Source: a virus
DNA length: 64,000 nt
Virus record (IMG/VR): IMGVR_UViG_3300027815_000006
Coordinates: 1 to 64,000 of that record
Strand: one strand, 5' to 3'
Part shown: positions 27,460 to 37,603 of the stretch, piece after piece
How positions within the stretch are numbered: position 1 is the first letter of the stretch
How the letters are laid out: each line of letters begins with the position of its first letter
Translations under genes and position numbers: made by a program
The notes under the pieces: generated by a model
The model's input: the letters and a program-made list of their open reading frames with translations, nothing else
Told to the model about the DNA's origin: nothing
Databases searched by the model: none

Positions 27460-30063
27460 TCACGCCGCGGGACGCCGCGGGGCAAACCGGAACCGGAGAA
27501 ACTCAGCGGGCTTCTGGGGCGCGAAGCCCACGTCCACGATGAGCTGCCCGGCATCCCTGACGGCGACCGGGTTGTTGCTCCCGTCCACCACCACGGAGAA
27601 GGCTTCCGCCTCGGTGTTCCCCGCGAAGTAGCCCTCGCGGAAAAGACCCCCCATGAACGCCTGGAGCTGGAGCTTCACCCGCGTCCACAGCGCCGGGCCG
27701 TTGTCCTCGAAGACCGCCCACCACGTCGAGTTGTAGACGCTCCGCTCCACGAACATGAACAGGCGCGTCACCTGGATGTAGCGAAAGTCCGCATCCGTCG
27801 AGAGCGTCCGGGCCCCCCAGACCGCCCGCCCCACCTGCCGGGACTGCCGGATCGGGTTGATCCGCCCCTCCGCGCAGATGACGAGATCCGTGTCCGTCGG
27901 GACCGTCTCCAGCCCGAGGGAGTAGAGGAGCGCCCCCTTCTCCGTGCCCGCCGGGGCGCTGGCGACGTTGCGCCGCGCGTCCGTCCGCGCGTAGATCCCC
28001 GCGATGTGACCCAGGGGAGGAACCAGGAGAGGACGGCCCTCTGCCAGAGGATCCGCAACCTTGACCCAGGGCCAGTAGACCGCGGCGTACTTCGAGAAGG
28101 ACGACACGGTGGACTGCACCCAGTCCCGCACCCTGGCCGAGGTGTACCCCTGCGGAGGCGAGAGGAGGATCATCCGGTCCCCGCCCGAAGCCGTCGCCGC
28201 GCGGGCCTCGGCGTAGGCGATGAGATCCGCCGTCACCGTGGCGTCCCCGGCGAAGTCCGGGACGGCGATCTGAAGCACGTCGTCCACCGTGTTCAGGGCG
28301 TAGATCCCCGAGGTGGTGGCCGCCAACGCCGGGTCCGTGAACTGCGCCCGCGAGTAGGAGCTTCCGAAGGTACCATCGGAGCCCGCCACGTACGGAGAGT
28401 ACGCCTTGGCCGTGTCCCCCAGGTTCTCCGTGTGCGTCGTGGCGCTGGCCACGAGGTAGTAGGAGATCTGGATGAGCGTGCCGCCCCGCGGGAGGAAGCC
28501 CGTGCGGAAGTTCAGCACACCCGTCGTGTAGTTGATCGAGTTGGCCGCCAACCCGAGGTAGGCCGTGGTGTACGTCCCGTCCAGGACGCCCGCAGCCCCC
28601 GTGAGACCCCCCACCCCGTTGTCGGTGATGGTGCGCACGACCCCGGCGGTGTCGGTGTAGGTGATGGACACCGTACGCGCCTGAATGGGGATGCCCGCCA
28701 GCGTGAGCGTCACGGTCCCGCTGCCTGCGGTCCCCGCGCCTCCCGCGAGCTGCACGATCTGCTGCCGCGCCTGGAGCTGCCTGGGCGCCTCGACCCCGGA
28801 AGGCTCCGTGATGGTGATGTAGTCCGACAGCTCGTTGAGCACGTCCACCCACCACTGCGGCGAGGTGGAATCGTTCATCACGAGATCGTCGTACGTCTCC
28901 ACCACGTCGGAGCGCAGCGTTGCGGGGTTGTAGAGGTACACCGCCGCCTTGAACTTGGTGTACTGCCCCGTGGCGGGGGTGAACCCCAGGGGGTCCCCGC
29001 TCACTCGGAGGGAGAGCCCCTGAAGGACACCTCCCACAAGGGCCCCACCCCAGGCACCAGGAGACGCCGCGCGCAGCGCGTAGGTCGCCGTCTGGTAGGT
29101 GGCCAGGATGCGCGCGTTGAGGTAGGGCGTGCCCCCCGCCGTGGTCGTGAAGGTGTACGCGCCTGTCGCCGGAGTGAGGGTGCTCCCCCCCGCGAGACCC
29201 GAACCCGTGAGCGCACTCACGCCCGCGACGGGCGCCGCCGCCGTCGCCGTGAAGGTGGTGGTCGCGCGGTTGTAGCTCACCGTGAGGGAGGTGGCGATCA
29301 CCGCGCCGTTGGGGATGTCCGTCCCCGCGAAAAGGATGCTCCAGCTCCGCGTGCGATGATCGAAGGTCATCACCGAGCCCTGCGCCGTGGTCGCAGAGAG
29401 CACCCCGTTGGTAGGCGTGCCCGTGATCGCCTGCGTGCGTGCGCCCGCACCGTCGGGGTTCCATGACACCACGATGGTGCCGGGAACCACCACGTCCAGT
29501 TCCGCGTCATAGGCAGGAGCCCCCGTGGGGTTGATGACCCCCTCGTAGGCCGCCGTGCCGTTCACCAGGGTGTGCAGCGTCACTCCGTCCCGCTGGTAGA
29601 GGCGCTCGCCCGCCACCGCCGCCCCGGTCCCGCGCCAGCGCAGGGAGAAGGACGTGGCCAGAACAGGAGCCGCTCCCGCGTAGACCGCCAGAGGCGTCGT
29701 TGCGCTCGTCTTGGCGTAGGGCCCGATGCCCCCGGAACCCAGCTCGATCTGCTGGTCCGTGACCTGACTACGAAGCTCCCCCGTCGCCGTCACCGCATCC
29801 GAAGGCGTCACGCGGACGACGTGCGCCTGCGACCCCCCGTTGGCGAAGAAGGCCGCGAGGGTCTGCGCCAGGAGCGAACTGCGCGTGAAACCCCCGAAGA
29901 TCCGCTGGAACTCCGCGAAGGAGGTGACGAGCGTGGCCTTGTTCGCCTTGCCCTGCGGGGTGAACCCCAGCACACCACACGCCGAGGAGGACACAGGGGA
30001 TGTGATCTGCACCCCACCCGGAACTTCCTCGATGTAGACGCCAGGAACGACGAGCTCTGCCAT
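27460..30063 (-). CDS. tail sheath protein (gp18-like)
   Basis: PGVYIEE, AVYWPWV, PP.GH.AG.YARTD, INPIR, WGARTL, FEDN..LW, GFAP.KPAEF. Confidence 0.97.
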   Translation of the reverse strand: MAELVVPGVYIEEVPGGVQITSPVSSSACGVLGFTPQGKANKATLVTSFAEFQRIFGGFTRSSLLAQTLAAFFANGGSQAHVVRVTPSDAVTATGELRSQVTDQQIELGSGGIGPYAKTSATTPLAVYAGAAPVLATSFSLRWRGTGAAVAGERLYQRDGVTLHTLVNGTAAYEGVINPTGAPAYDAELDVVVPGTIVVSWNPDGAGARTQAITGTPTNGVLSATTAQGSVMTFDHRTRSWSILFAGTDIPNGAVIATSLTVSYNRATTTFTATAAAPVAGVSALTGSGLAGGSTLTPATGAYTFTTTAGGTPYLNARILATYQTATYALRAASPGAWGGALVGGVLQGLSLRVSGDPLGFTPATGQYTKFKAAVYLYNPATLRSDVVETYDDLVMNDSTSPQWWVDVLNELSDYITITEPSGVEAPRQLQARQQIVQLAGGAGTAGSGTVTLTLAGIPIQARTVSITYTDTAGVVRTITDNGVGGLTGAAGVLDGTYTTAYLGLAANSINYTTGVLNFRTGFLPRGGTLIQISYYLVASATTHTENLGDTAKAYSPYVAGSDGTFGSSYSRAQFTDPALAATTSGIYALNTVDDVLQIAVPDFAGDATVTADLIAYAEARAATASGGDRMILLSPPQGYTSARVRDWVQSTVSSFSKYAAVYWPWVKVADPLAEGRPLLVPPLGHIAGIYARTDARRNVASAPAGTEKGALLYSLGLETVPTDTDLVICAEGRINPIRQSRQVGRAVWGARTLSTDADFRYIQVTRLFMFVERSVYNSTWWAVFEDNGPALWTRVKLQLQAFMGGLFREGYFAGNTEAEAFSVVVDGSNNPVAVRDAGQLIVDVGFAPQKPAEFLRFRFAPRRPAA

Positions 30064-30075
30064 GTGTACGTCTCC

Positions 30076-30417
30076 TTACCGCCGCCGCTTGAACCCCGAG
30101 GAAGGTGCGTCCGTCACTTCCGGAGAAGGGACCTCCCCGCCCTCCGTAGGTACCTCTTCACTTCGAGGCGCTTCCTCGAAGGACAACGCCGCCCCCGAAA
30201 CGACAGCGATCTCTACCACCGCGGGAGTGGAGATCACCACCACATCGGGCTCCTCGGGGAGACGCACCAGCACACCCGTGTACAGCGCATCCCGAACCGC
30301 GGGGGACGTGTCCTCCCCTTGGGAGAACTCCACGACGGCCTTCGGCCCGATGGTGAAGGTCTTGTCCCCTGCGGTGATCGGCACCGGGCGTCGTGTGGTG
30401 TTGAAGTACCTGCCCAC
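30076..30417 (-). CDS. hypothetical protein
   Basis: ORF between tail terminator and sheath. Confidence 0.6.
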   Translation of the reverse strand: MGRYFNTTRRPVPITAGDKTFTIGPKAVVEFSQGEDTSPAVRDALYTGVLVRLPEEPDVVVISTPAVVEIAVVSGAALSFEEAPRSEEVPTEGGEVPSPEVTDAPSSGFKRRR

Positions 30418-30426
30418 GTCTGGACC

Positions 30427-31146
30427 TTACCTTGTGACGATGCGGCGGGTCAACCCCGCGTGCACCGTCGGCGCGGAAACTTCCTCCCCTACATCCAATT
30501 CACCCTCGACTCTGATAGACAGATTGAAGGCGACTGTGCGGTCCGACACATCGAAGATGTCGTCCGCGGCATCCATGGACTCCAGGTAGGCATCGTAGGT
30601 GCGCGCATCCCCTACGGAGTCCGTGACGGTGATGAAGCCGTGCGGGTGGAACCGTCGTAGCGCATGACGAAACATAGCCTGCGCCCCTGTCCTCCGCACC
30701 TCGGACACCAGGAGCGTGTAGGACAGATCCATCGGGAGCGCCTGTCCCTTGCCCACCCGGCGACGGAACCCCGCGCGAACAGCACCGTTCTTGAGCACGG
30801 CAGATGCCGCGGCGGAGGTGCTGTCGAAGATGTTGTACTGCTGCGCGCCGGGGTGCCAGCGGTTCATCGCCGGAGCGTGGCTGTCCCGCCGGAACAGGAA
30901 GAAGGGCTGGACGTAGCGCTGGAAGGCATCCTCCGGGTTGGCGGCGTAGACGGGGATGCCTGCAAACCCAGGCGGAGGAGCTACCCCCTCCACCGTCACG
31001 AGGTAGGCCGGATCCGCGGAGGAGCTCTCACCTAGCACCGCCCCCAGTTGCGTGACCATCCCGAGGTCAAAGTCCCGGAGGAAGACCTCGCCGTTGCGTG
31101 CGCGGCCTTGCCTCCGATCCTCGGCTGTCCCCTCGGGGGGCGACAC
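30427..31146 (-). CDS. tail terminator / sheath stabiliser (gp15-like)
   Basis: LRDFD, PMDLSY, synteny between neck and sheath. Confidence 0.55.
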   Translation of the reverse strand: MSPPEGTAEDRRQGRARNGEVFLRDFDLGMVTQLGAVLGESSSADPAYLVTVEGVAPPPGFAGIPVYAANPEDAFQRYVQPFFLFRRDSHAPAMNRWHPGAQQYNIFDSTSAAASAVLKNGAVRAGFRRRVGKGQALPMDLSYTLLVSEVRRTGAQAMFRHALRRFHPHGFITVTDSVGDARTYDAYLESMDAADDIFDVSDRTVAFNLSIRVEGELDVGEEVSAPTVHAGLTRRIVTR

Positions 31147-31152
31147 GGGTCA

Positions 31153-31533
31153 CTACTCGGAGTTGGCCTCCAGCTCCGCCAGGACGCGACCCTTCAGGTC
31201 TGCCGTGCGAAGCTGGGCCAGAAGCTCCCCAACCTCCTCCTCGGAGGGCTCGGCGTCGTCCTCCCCAGGGAGGGCTGTGACCGCGCCCTCCCCGGAGAGC
31301 GTGTCCATCACCTCGTAGAGGATGCCGTCCACGTCCTCCTCGTCCACCTCGAAGGCGTCCATCGCCGCCTCGTAGATGTCCGCGAGGTATGCCTCCAGCG
31401 CCTGCTCCTCGTCCCCGAGAAGCGGCTCGGCGTCGGGACCGGGCACCTCCCGCGACTTGGAGGCCGGAGAGGATGCAGGAACGGGGGCTGTGGCCCCTTC
31501 GACCAGAAGACGCAGACGTTGGAGAAGCGACAT
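31153..31533 (-). CDS. acidic hypothetical protein
   Basis: 126 aa Asp/Glu-rich ORF with GAGG SD. Confidence 0.7.
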   Translation of the reverse strand: MSLLQRLRLLVEGATAPVPASSPASKSREVPGPDAEPLLGDEEQALEAYLADIYEAAMDAFEVDEEDVDGILYEVMDTLSGEGAVTALPGEDDAEPSEEEVGELLAQLRTADLKGRVLAELEANSE

Positions 31534-31540
31534 GGGTTCC

Positions 31541-32335
31541 TCATGGGCGCCGAAGAAGGCGCCGTTGAAACAGACGATACCTCTGAACTGACCGCAAGGG
31601 TACCAGAACCATTTTTCCTGGCCACCGCTGCCACTTGTAGAAGGTGGAATCCGTCAAGGCCCTGTGGAACTCCCGCCGCCGCCAGAGCTGTCGCACCCTG
31701 GACCGTACGGTCCGAAGGGTGGGGAGCCACAGAGGCCGCGCCTGCGTCGCCTTGGATCCGAACTCCATACGAAGCACCTGGAACGCCAAGTCCTCTACAA
31801 CCCGGAGCCCCTCGGAGGGCCTGGGCATCGGCAATCGCACCCCAGCCTGAGACAACGCCGTGCGCCACGCCGTCGCGTCTGCCGCCCGGAGACGCCGTAC
31901 CCCCGCCACCTCATCCCGCGTCACCGTCCGATACACCACCCGCGCCGCCCCCCTCGGGGGCTGAACAGGAAGCACATCGGTGGGCCAGGGAGAATACTGA
32001 CGGAGAATGTCAATCACCTTCGATGGAGGCTGCCCCTTACGAGGCCGGACGTAGACGACCTGACTGGCCGTGTCGAGTTCCAGGAGCCGTTTTCGGAGAG
32101 GTTCCCCCCTGAGAACGATGGCGAAAGCCTCTCCGGGGCGGAACTTCGTACGCGCAAGAGACAGCCTGGAGGCGTAGGAGGCGTCCATAGCGTCCGCCCC
32201 CTCTTGGAGGCGCTGGAGCGCGTCCCGCGCGAGGATCTCCAGGGCGCGAGCCTGAAGATGCTGCACCCGGAGGGTGAGCTCCTTGGCGACCTTGAAGACC
32301 CGCTGGTTATTCTTGAGGGGCTGGATCTCCCACAC
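31541..32335 (-). CDS. hypothetical basic protein (possible neck/tail completion)
   Basis: 264 aa ORF in neck region; RPLWLP motif. Confidence 0.55.
   Translation of the reverse strand: MWEIQPLKNNQRVFKVAKELTLRVQHLQARALEILARDALQRLQEGADAMDASYASRLSLARTKFRPGEAFAIVLRGEPLRKRLLELDTASQVVYVRPRKGQPPSKVIDILRQYSPWPTDVLPVQPPRGAARVVYRTVTRDEVAGVRRLRAADATAWRTALSQAGVRLPMPRPSEGLRVVEDLAFQVLRMEFGSKATQARPLWLPTLRTVRSRVRQLWRRREFHRALTDSTFYKWQRWPGKMVLVPLRSVQRYRLFQRRLLRRP
31700..31713. repeat. dispersed palindrome copy 10 (in frame, RTVRS)
   Basis: read directly. Confidence 0.97.
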
Positions 32336-32735
32336 GCTCTGCGTCCTTTCGTGCGTAGTAGGTCTCGACCTCCTCTACCAACCGGGCAAACCGCGAGGGG
32401 CCCGGGTACTGAACAAGACGTACCCGCCCGTGATGCAGGAGCACGAAGCGGCGCTTGGACGTTTGCAGCATAGGTAGGTGAGCCTCGCACAGCCCCAGCT
32501 CCGCCAGGGAGTCCAGATCCCGAACGAGTTGCTGCACCTCCGCCCCACAGACGAAGCACAGCGCGTCCTTCCGCAGCGGACCCTTGTACTCCGGGAACGC
32601 CATGCCCCGAAGGACGGAACCGCAGTGCGGGCGCCCGCAGGTAAGGTTACCGAGGGCCCTGGACGTGTGATGGTGCTCGCAGGACGCACAGAACACCGAG
32701 AACCCGTCTGCCACCGCGCGCTCGAAGGGCGTCAT
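32307..32735 (-). CDS. Cys/His-rich zinc-binding hypothetical protein
   Basis: CASC, C..C, CFVC, CEAH. Confidence 0.65.
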   Translation of the reverse strand: MTPFERAVADGFSVFCASCEHHHTSRALGNLTCGRPHCGSVLRGMAFPEYKGPLRKDALCFVCGAEVQQLVRDLDSLAELGLCEAHLPMLQTSKRRFVLLHHGRVRLVQYPGPSRFARLVEEVETYYARKDAERVGDPAPQE

Positions 32736-33313
32736 CGGCGCACGTCAATGCGCCGCTCCGGCGCGAAGTTGGTGACCCTGGTGAGGTTCAAGGCGATCCC
32801 TACGAAGGCCACGTCGGTGAACAGATGCCCCGCATCCGAGACATTCGTGATGGAGAAGTAGAAGCGTTCCCCCGGAAGGTTGTCCCCCTGCTGCGCCTCG
32901 TTGTGGTCGAAGAACGCGCTCCGCCAGAACCCGAGCACGTCCCCTTCGGAGGGCGCGTAGCCCCCCTCCGCCGCCCCGGAGTCCTCCCACGCCTTGCGCG
33001 CGATCCACGCAGCTGCCGTCCAGGCTGCACGGTACCCCTCCTCACGGACCTCCGGGATGGCGTCCGGTGCGTCCACATGCGCAAACAGCTTGTAGGGCCC
33101 CGCAAACTCGCGCTTGAGGGACTCGCCGTAGAGCGGATCTCGTTGAGCCGCGGTGTGCTCCCGAAGCGCCCAGTATTCCACCTCCACCCCGGAGATGGCC
33201 GTAGACTCCTTCGCCCAGACATCCTGAATCTCCAGGTCCCGCCCATCCAGACGCAGGGGCCCGGAAGGGTAGGGCTTCACGAGGCGCTGGAACCGCATGG
33301 GACGCACCGGCAT
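32732..33313 (-). CDS. neck protein (gp14-like head completion)
   Basis: GVEVEYW, DPLYGE, PSEGD; follows gp13-like gene. Confidence 0.75.
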   Translation of the reverse strand: MPVRPMRFQRLVKPYPSGPLRLDGRDLEIQDVWAKESTAISGVEVEYWALREHTAAQRDPLYGESLKREFAGPYKLFAHVDAPDAIPEVREEGYRAAWTAAAWIARKAWEDSGAAEGGYAPSEGDVLGFWRSAFFDHNEAQQGDNLPGERFYFSITNVSDAGHLFTDVAFVGIALNLTRVTNFAPERRIDVRR

Positions 33314-33316
33314 GGG

Positions 33317-34045
33317 TCACCCGATGAGGATGGGGAGTGGGAGGCCCGCCTGCATGATCTCTTCATTTAGAGCCTCGATGGCGTCGCTGGCCTCCTGGAG
33401 GAGCGTAGCCCCGTCGAGCCCCGTGGAACCCGCGGCGGTCTGCGCGCTGTCGTACTTGGAGCGCACGCGCCCCAGCTTCTCCTTGCTCCTGGCGAGGGTC
33501 ATACGCCGCACGAGGTCATAGGCCCGGTTGTCCAGCTCGCTCAGGACTACGAGGTTCGCCTTGAACTGCACCCGGAGCCTGGAGGCGCTGGGCGCCGCGA
33601 AGATGTAGAGCGTCCGCCCCTCCTGCCGCCAGTCGGGCTCTGCGGAGGTCACCCTGCGCGCCATGTCGAGGTACTGCATGGTCTGCACGAGGTTCGAGAA
33701 ACGCCCTCCGTCGTTGGCACCGTAGAACAGGGACGCCGGGACGGCCTGCCCAGGGAGGAGCCACGCACCCGGGACGATGAAGGAGAGGTCCGTGGCCCGG
33801 AGCGGCCAGTCGATGTTGAGCACCGTGTCCACGTCCGCGGGGATCGTGTACCGCGAGTCCCCCTGCGCCACGTCCAGGAAGTAGTACCGGGTGACCCCCA
33901 GCCGCACGGAGAACCAGAGCTTCGCGTCGTTCACCGCGTCCTCCAGGTCCTCCCGGGTGAGCTCCACCTCCAGCTGCGGAGCTCCTAGCCGCCGCAGAAT
34001 CCACTGCTGGATGTCTTCCTCGGACTGACGGACAGGTTCGACCAC
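33317..34045 (-). CDS. neck protein (gp13-like head-tail adaptor)
   Basis: WILRRLGAPQLEVEL..LEDAVNDA; K..LGRVRSKY; LDG.TLL.EA. Confidence 0.85.
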   Translation of the reverse strand: MVEPVRQSEEDIQQWILRRLGAPQLEVELTREDLEDAVNDAKLWFSVRLGVTRYYFLDVAQGDSRYTIPADVDTVLNIDWPLRATDLSFIVPGAWLLPGQAVPASLFYGANDGGRFSNLVQTMQYLDMARRVTSAEPDWRQEGRTLYIFAAPSASRLRVQFKANLVVLSELDNRAYDLVRRMTLARSKEKLGRVRSKYDSAQTAAGSTGLDGATLLQEASDAIEALNEEIMQAGLPLPILIG

Positions 34046-34048
34046 AGA

Positions 34049-34222
34049 TCACCCCGTCAGTTTCGGACGCTCGGTGTTCTGCGTCCCGGTGAGGTAGGAC
34101 TTCCCCTCCTTATCACGGACCTCCGTGAAGCCGCAGGTGGTGCATCGAACCCGCGTGGTGTTCGCCCCCGCCGCTTCGAGAATGAGCGTGGTGTGGCCCT
34201 TCGGGCACTTCGAGGGAATCAT
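34049..34222 (-). CDS. 57-aa zinc-ribbon protein (not in ORF track)
   Basis: manual translation MIPSKCPKGH...RCTTCGFTEVRD; GGAGG SD; ATGA overlap. Confidence 0.7.
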   Translation of the reverse strand: MIPSKCPKGHTTLILEAAGANTTRVRCTTCGFTEVRDKEGKSYLTGTQNTERPKLTG

Positions 34223-34572
34223 GGTTGCCTCCTCCGCCGTCTTGAGAACTCAGGCACGACAGGGGCCTCCCCGCCGCTGGCTCCCTCTACGTCGTACCCA
34301 CGGACCCCCGAAGGCACCTTTGGAGGCCCCGGGATCTCAATGACGTCCGCCGCGCCCGCTAGCTCCGCAGGGAACTGCACGAAAAAGGGCGTCATCGCCT
34401 TCGCAAGAGGCTGCGGCACCTGTGCGGGCGTTTCCGGAGCGCGCTCGAAGATCTCCGGGTACCTCTCCGCCAGCGGCTCGGAGGACCACCGCCTGTCTCC
34501 CGGACGAAGCCATCCCCACCCGGAGAGGAACCGCAACGCCACCCCAGGTAGAGTCTTGACCACGAACTCCAT
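34219..34572 (-). CDS. hypothetical protein
   Basis: ORF in operon. Confidence 0.55.
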   Translation of the reverse strand: MEFVVKTLPGVALRFLSGWGWLRPGDRRWSSEPLAERYPEIFERAPETPAQVPQPLAKAMTPFFVQFPAELAGAADVIEIPGPPKVPSGVRGYDVEGASGGEAPVVPEFSRRRRRQP

Positions 34573-34581
34573 GGAAACAGC

Positions 34582-35256
34582 CTACGCCAGCGATTCTCCC
34601 GTGTCATCCCCCGAGGGGTCGGAACCTACCGTGGGAGTCGCTTCGGAGGCGGGCGGGGGTACCGGAGCCCCGAGAGCTCCGGCCCGCTGACGCAGCTCGG
34701 CGGCCTGAGCCTCCAGCGCCGCGGCCTGCCGATACAAAAAACCTCGCAGATCCTCGCCCTGCTCGCTGAGTACCCCCTGCGCCCGATGCGTCGCCTGTGG
34801 GGCCCCGCGGACAGCTTCGGACCGTACGGTCCGAGGTCGCGGGGGAGGAGAGAATACAGGCTCGTCCTCCGCATCCTCATCTTCGGCGGACGACGAGGAC
34901 GAGGGTGCGGTGTTCGTCCGCAGTGTCGCGGCGAAATTGAATCCCCCCTTCGGAATAGAAGCGCGCACCCCCGGAGCACGGGCTTCTGGAGCCTGGGCCC
35001 CCGACGCGCGACCCTCCGTCACAGGCCGGGAGGGTGTCTCCGCGAACCCTCCCCCGAAATCGTCCTGCCCGTAGGGGTCCCTCTCCAGGGGCTCTACCTT
35101 GGAGAGGATGGCGTCCAGATCCATCCCCCGCGAAGACGATGCGCGCCGTACGGGCTGCCTGGACTCCTGGGTAGGAGAGGACTCCGCGCGGCGGTGAGGC
35201 CAGTCCTGCGTCCCGCCCCGCTTCAGAAGTGCTCGAAGCTCATCCGTTTTTCCCAT
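34582..35256 (-). CDS. low-complexity/disordered hypothetical protein
   Basis: start ATG 35256 is 7 nt after TGG-TATGGT -10. Confidence 0.6.
   Translation of the reverse strand: MGKTDELRALLKRGGTQDWPHRRAESSPTQESRQPVRRASSSRGMDLDAILSKVEPLERDPYGQDDFGGGFAETPSRPVTEGRASGAQAPEARAPGVRASIPKGGFNFAATLRTNTAPSSSSSAEDEDAEDEPVFSPPPRPRTVRSEAVRGAPQATHRAQGVLSEQGEDLRGFLYRQAAALEAQAAELRQRAGALGAPVPPPASEATPTVGSDPSGDDTGESLA
34819..34832. repeat. dispersed palindrome copy 11 (in frame, RTVRS; 18-bp perfect)
   Basis: read directly. Confidence 0.97.
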
Positions 35257-35289
35257 GAGAGATACCATACCACACTTCGAGGAGCGCGG

Positions 35290-35865
35290 TCAGAAGTAGG
35301 TGGTCGAGAGATACCACTGACACGGAAAACCAGCGCCTCTGACGCGCACCACGACCTTCCACTGCCCGGACACCAACGCCACGTCCAGCACCGCCGTCCA
35401 CGGAAGCGTACCGTGGAGCACAGACACCATAATATCCCCCGAAACAGAGGGATTAGACGCGCCGTTACGGGCGACGATGGCGGACAGCTCCCACGCCTGC
35501 GCCTGGGAGAGGTCTGTTCTACGGGCCTTCACGCGCACGCGCATGAGGAGGGTGGCGTCCGGCGTGACCTCGATGCCTGTGTCTGCGACCACCTCTTCAG
35601 AAGCCAGGGTAGTCGCATAGGCGAGCTGGATCGGCTCGGGCTGCGCGTACTCCCTTGGAGAGCCGGAGGCGATGGGAAGCTCCAGGAGGGAGTCCGGGCT
35701 GTCCCCTGGCTGCGCCTTGAACAAAAGGCGCGAAAACGCGGTGCCCTGCTGCTCCAGAATGAAGAGCCCCAGCGGCAAACCACCCACCCCGCCCACCTGG
35801 GAGGTGAGGGTCACCACCTGCCCGCGCGTCATCACCGCGATCTTGTGTTCCCGCGAGGCGACCAT
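35290..35865 (-). CDS. hypothetical protein whose C-terminal domain resembles the C-terminus of fibre 36027..37592
   Basis: manual alignment of C-terminal ~100 aa. Confidence 0.6.
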   Translation of the reverse strand: MVASREHKIAVMTRGQVVTLTSQVGGVGGLPLGLFILEQQGTAFSRLLFKAQPGDSPDSLLELPIASGSPREYAQPEPIQLAYATTLASEEVVADTGIEVTPDATLLMRVRVKARRTDLSQAQAWELSAIVARNGASNPSVSGDIMVSVLHGTLPWTAVLDVALVSGQWKVVVRVRGAGFPCQWYLSTTYF

Positions 35866-36026
35866 CCGTGCGCAACCCTAACGAAAGCTAACGAGATTGA
35901 CAATCCGCAGGAACATGAAACCGGCCAGACAATTCGTAAAGGAAGGGAGCTAGAGCGGTTGACGCCCCCCAGATTTTCGGAAAACTGCATGGGGACGGAA
36001 CCAACCCCGACCGGAGATAGACCCCC

Positions 36027-37592
36027 ATGGCTCTTCAGTACGCACTCTACACGTCCACCTACGACACGGTGGCCAGTGGGCAGATCGCCAACGATGCGGT
36101 CACCACCAACAAGATCCTCGACGCCAGCGTCACGGCGGCGAAGATCGGCACGGACGCCGTGACCACGGCGAAGATCCTCGACGCCAACATCACGGCGGCG
36201 AAGCTGGCCACGGACTCCGTGACCCAGCTCAAGATCGCGGACGGCGCCGTGGTCGCCGCCAAGCTGGCCACGGACTCCGTGACCACGGCGAAGATCGCCG
36301 CCCTCGCGGTCACGGCGGCGAAGGCCGACCTCACGGGGCTCTGGAGCTTCTCCGCGAACATGCTGCGCGTCGCGGGCACCCCCAGCGCGAGCACCGACGT
36401 GGCGAACAAGGACTACGTGGACTCGGTGTCCCAGGGCCTCGACGCCAAGCCCTCGGTCCGTGCCCTGAGCGACGCCAACATCAACACCTCGTCCCCTGGC
36501 GCCTCCCTGGACGGCGTGACCCTGGCGGCCTCGGACAGGATCCTCCTGACGGGACAGACCACCGCGTCGCAGAACGGCATCTGGGTGTGGAACGGCGCCG
36601 CCTCGGCGCTGACCCGCCCCTCGGACTTCAACACCGGCGCCGTGGTCGCCGGGGCCTTCACCTTCGTGGAGGAGGGCACCACATACGCGGACACCGGCTG
36701 GACCTGTTCGTCCAACGCCAGCGCGGCCACCGTCGGCACCAACAACCTGACCTTCGTGCAGTTCTCTGCCGCGGGGCAGATCTCGGCGGGCGACGGTCTG
36801 TCCAAGACCGGCAACACCCTCGCCGTCAACGTGGACAACTCCTCCCTCCAGATCACCTCGGACACCCTCTCGGTGAAGGCGGCGGGGATCGCGGAGTCGC
36901 ACCTCAACACCAGCGTCGCCGGAAGCGGCCTCGCGGGAGGTGGCGGTACGGCCCTGTCCGTCAACGTGGACAGCGTGGGCATCGAGATCAACACCGACAC
37001 GCTGCGCCTGAAGGACCTCGGCGTCACCACGGCCAAGCTCGCGGCCACCTCGGTCACCGCGGCCAAGCTCGGGAGCGACGTGGCCGGGAACGGCCTGACG
37101 GGCGGCAACGGCAGCGCCCTCGCGGTCAACGCCGCCAACTCCACCATCTCCGTGACGCCCACCGGCATCTCCGTCCCCGCGAGCTCCGCCAGCCAGAACG
37201 GCTACATGAGCTCCTCGGACTTCTCCAAGCTCACCAACTACGGGCCGAGCTACCTCGCCACGGGGCAGACCACCAACGCCACCGCGACGGACATCGACCT
37301 CGGTCTCACCGTGAGCGCCTCCAGCGTCCAGGGCTTCATCGCGGAGGTGAGCGCGCTCAAGAACGACGGGAGCGTCGGGGCGAGCTACCTCCTGCACGGG
37401 GTCTTCCGGCGCGGCTCCACGGGCAACGCCTCCATCGTCTCGGGGAACATCGCCCTCATCTCCGGGATGAGCGACAACCCCAGCCTCGCCGCGACGCTGG
37501 CGCTCTCCACCAACAACATCGTGGCCCAGGTCACCGGCCTCGCCGCGACCACGATGGACTGGCGCATCCGGGCCCACGCCTGCGAGCGATGA
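36027..37592 (+). CDS. head/tail fibre protein with VT(T/A)AK(I/L) decapeptide repeats
   Basis: DAVTTAKI/DSVTTAKI repeats, DVANKDYVD, DRILL.GQT.ASQNGIW.W, AGDGL repeats; extreme GC3. Confidence 0.8.
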   Translation: MALQYALYTSTYDTVASGQIANDAVTTNKILDASVTAAKIGTDAVTTAKILDANITAAKLATDSVTQLKIADGAVVAAKLATDSVTTAKIAALAVTAAKADLTGLWSFSANMLRVAGTPSASTDVANKDYVDSVSQGLDAKPSVRALSDANINTSSPGASLDGVTLAASDRILLTGQTTASQNGIWVWNGAASALTRPSDFNTGAVVAGAFTFVEEGTTYADTGWTCSSNASAATVGTNNLTFVQFSAAGQISAGDGLSKTGNTLAVNVDNSSLQITSDTLSVKAAGIAESHLNTSVAGSGLAGGGGTALSVNVDSVGIEINTDTLRLKDLGVTTAKLAATSVTAAKLGSDVAGNGLTGGNGSALAVNAANSTISVTPTGISVPASSASQNGYMSSSDFSKLTNYGPSYLATGQTTNATATDIDLGLTVSASSVQGFIAEVSALKNDGSVGASYLLHGVFRRGSTGNASIVSGNIALISGMSDNPSLAATLALSTNNIVAQVTGLAATTMDWRIRAHACER

Positions 37593-37603
37593 CCTAGCGG
37601 GGT

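Noticed and set aside
12962-30063. Extracellular contractile injection system or T6SS interpretation of sheath/tube/spike genes
   Set aside because: Linked capsid, portal, protease, terminase and neck genes show a complete phage virion module.
30531-30544. SDRTV peptide encoded by CGACTGTGCGGTCC
   Set aside because: Three mismatches to the palindrome; cannot distinguish decay from chance.
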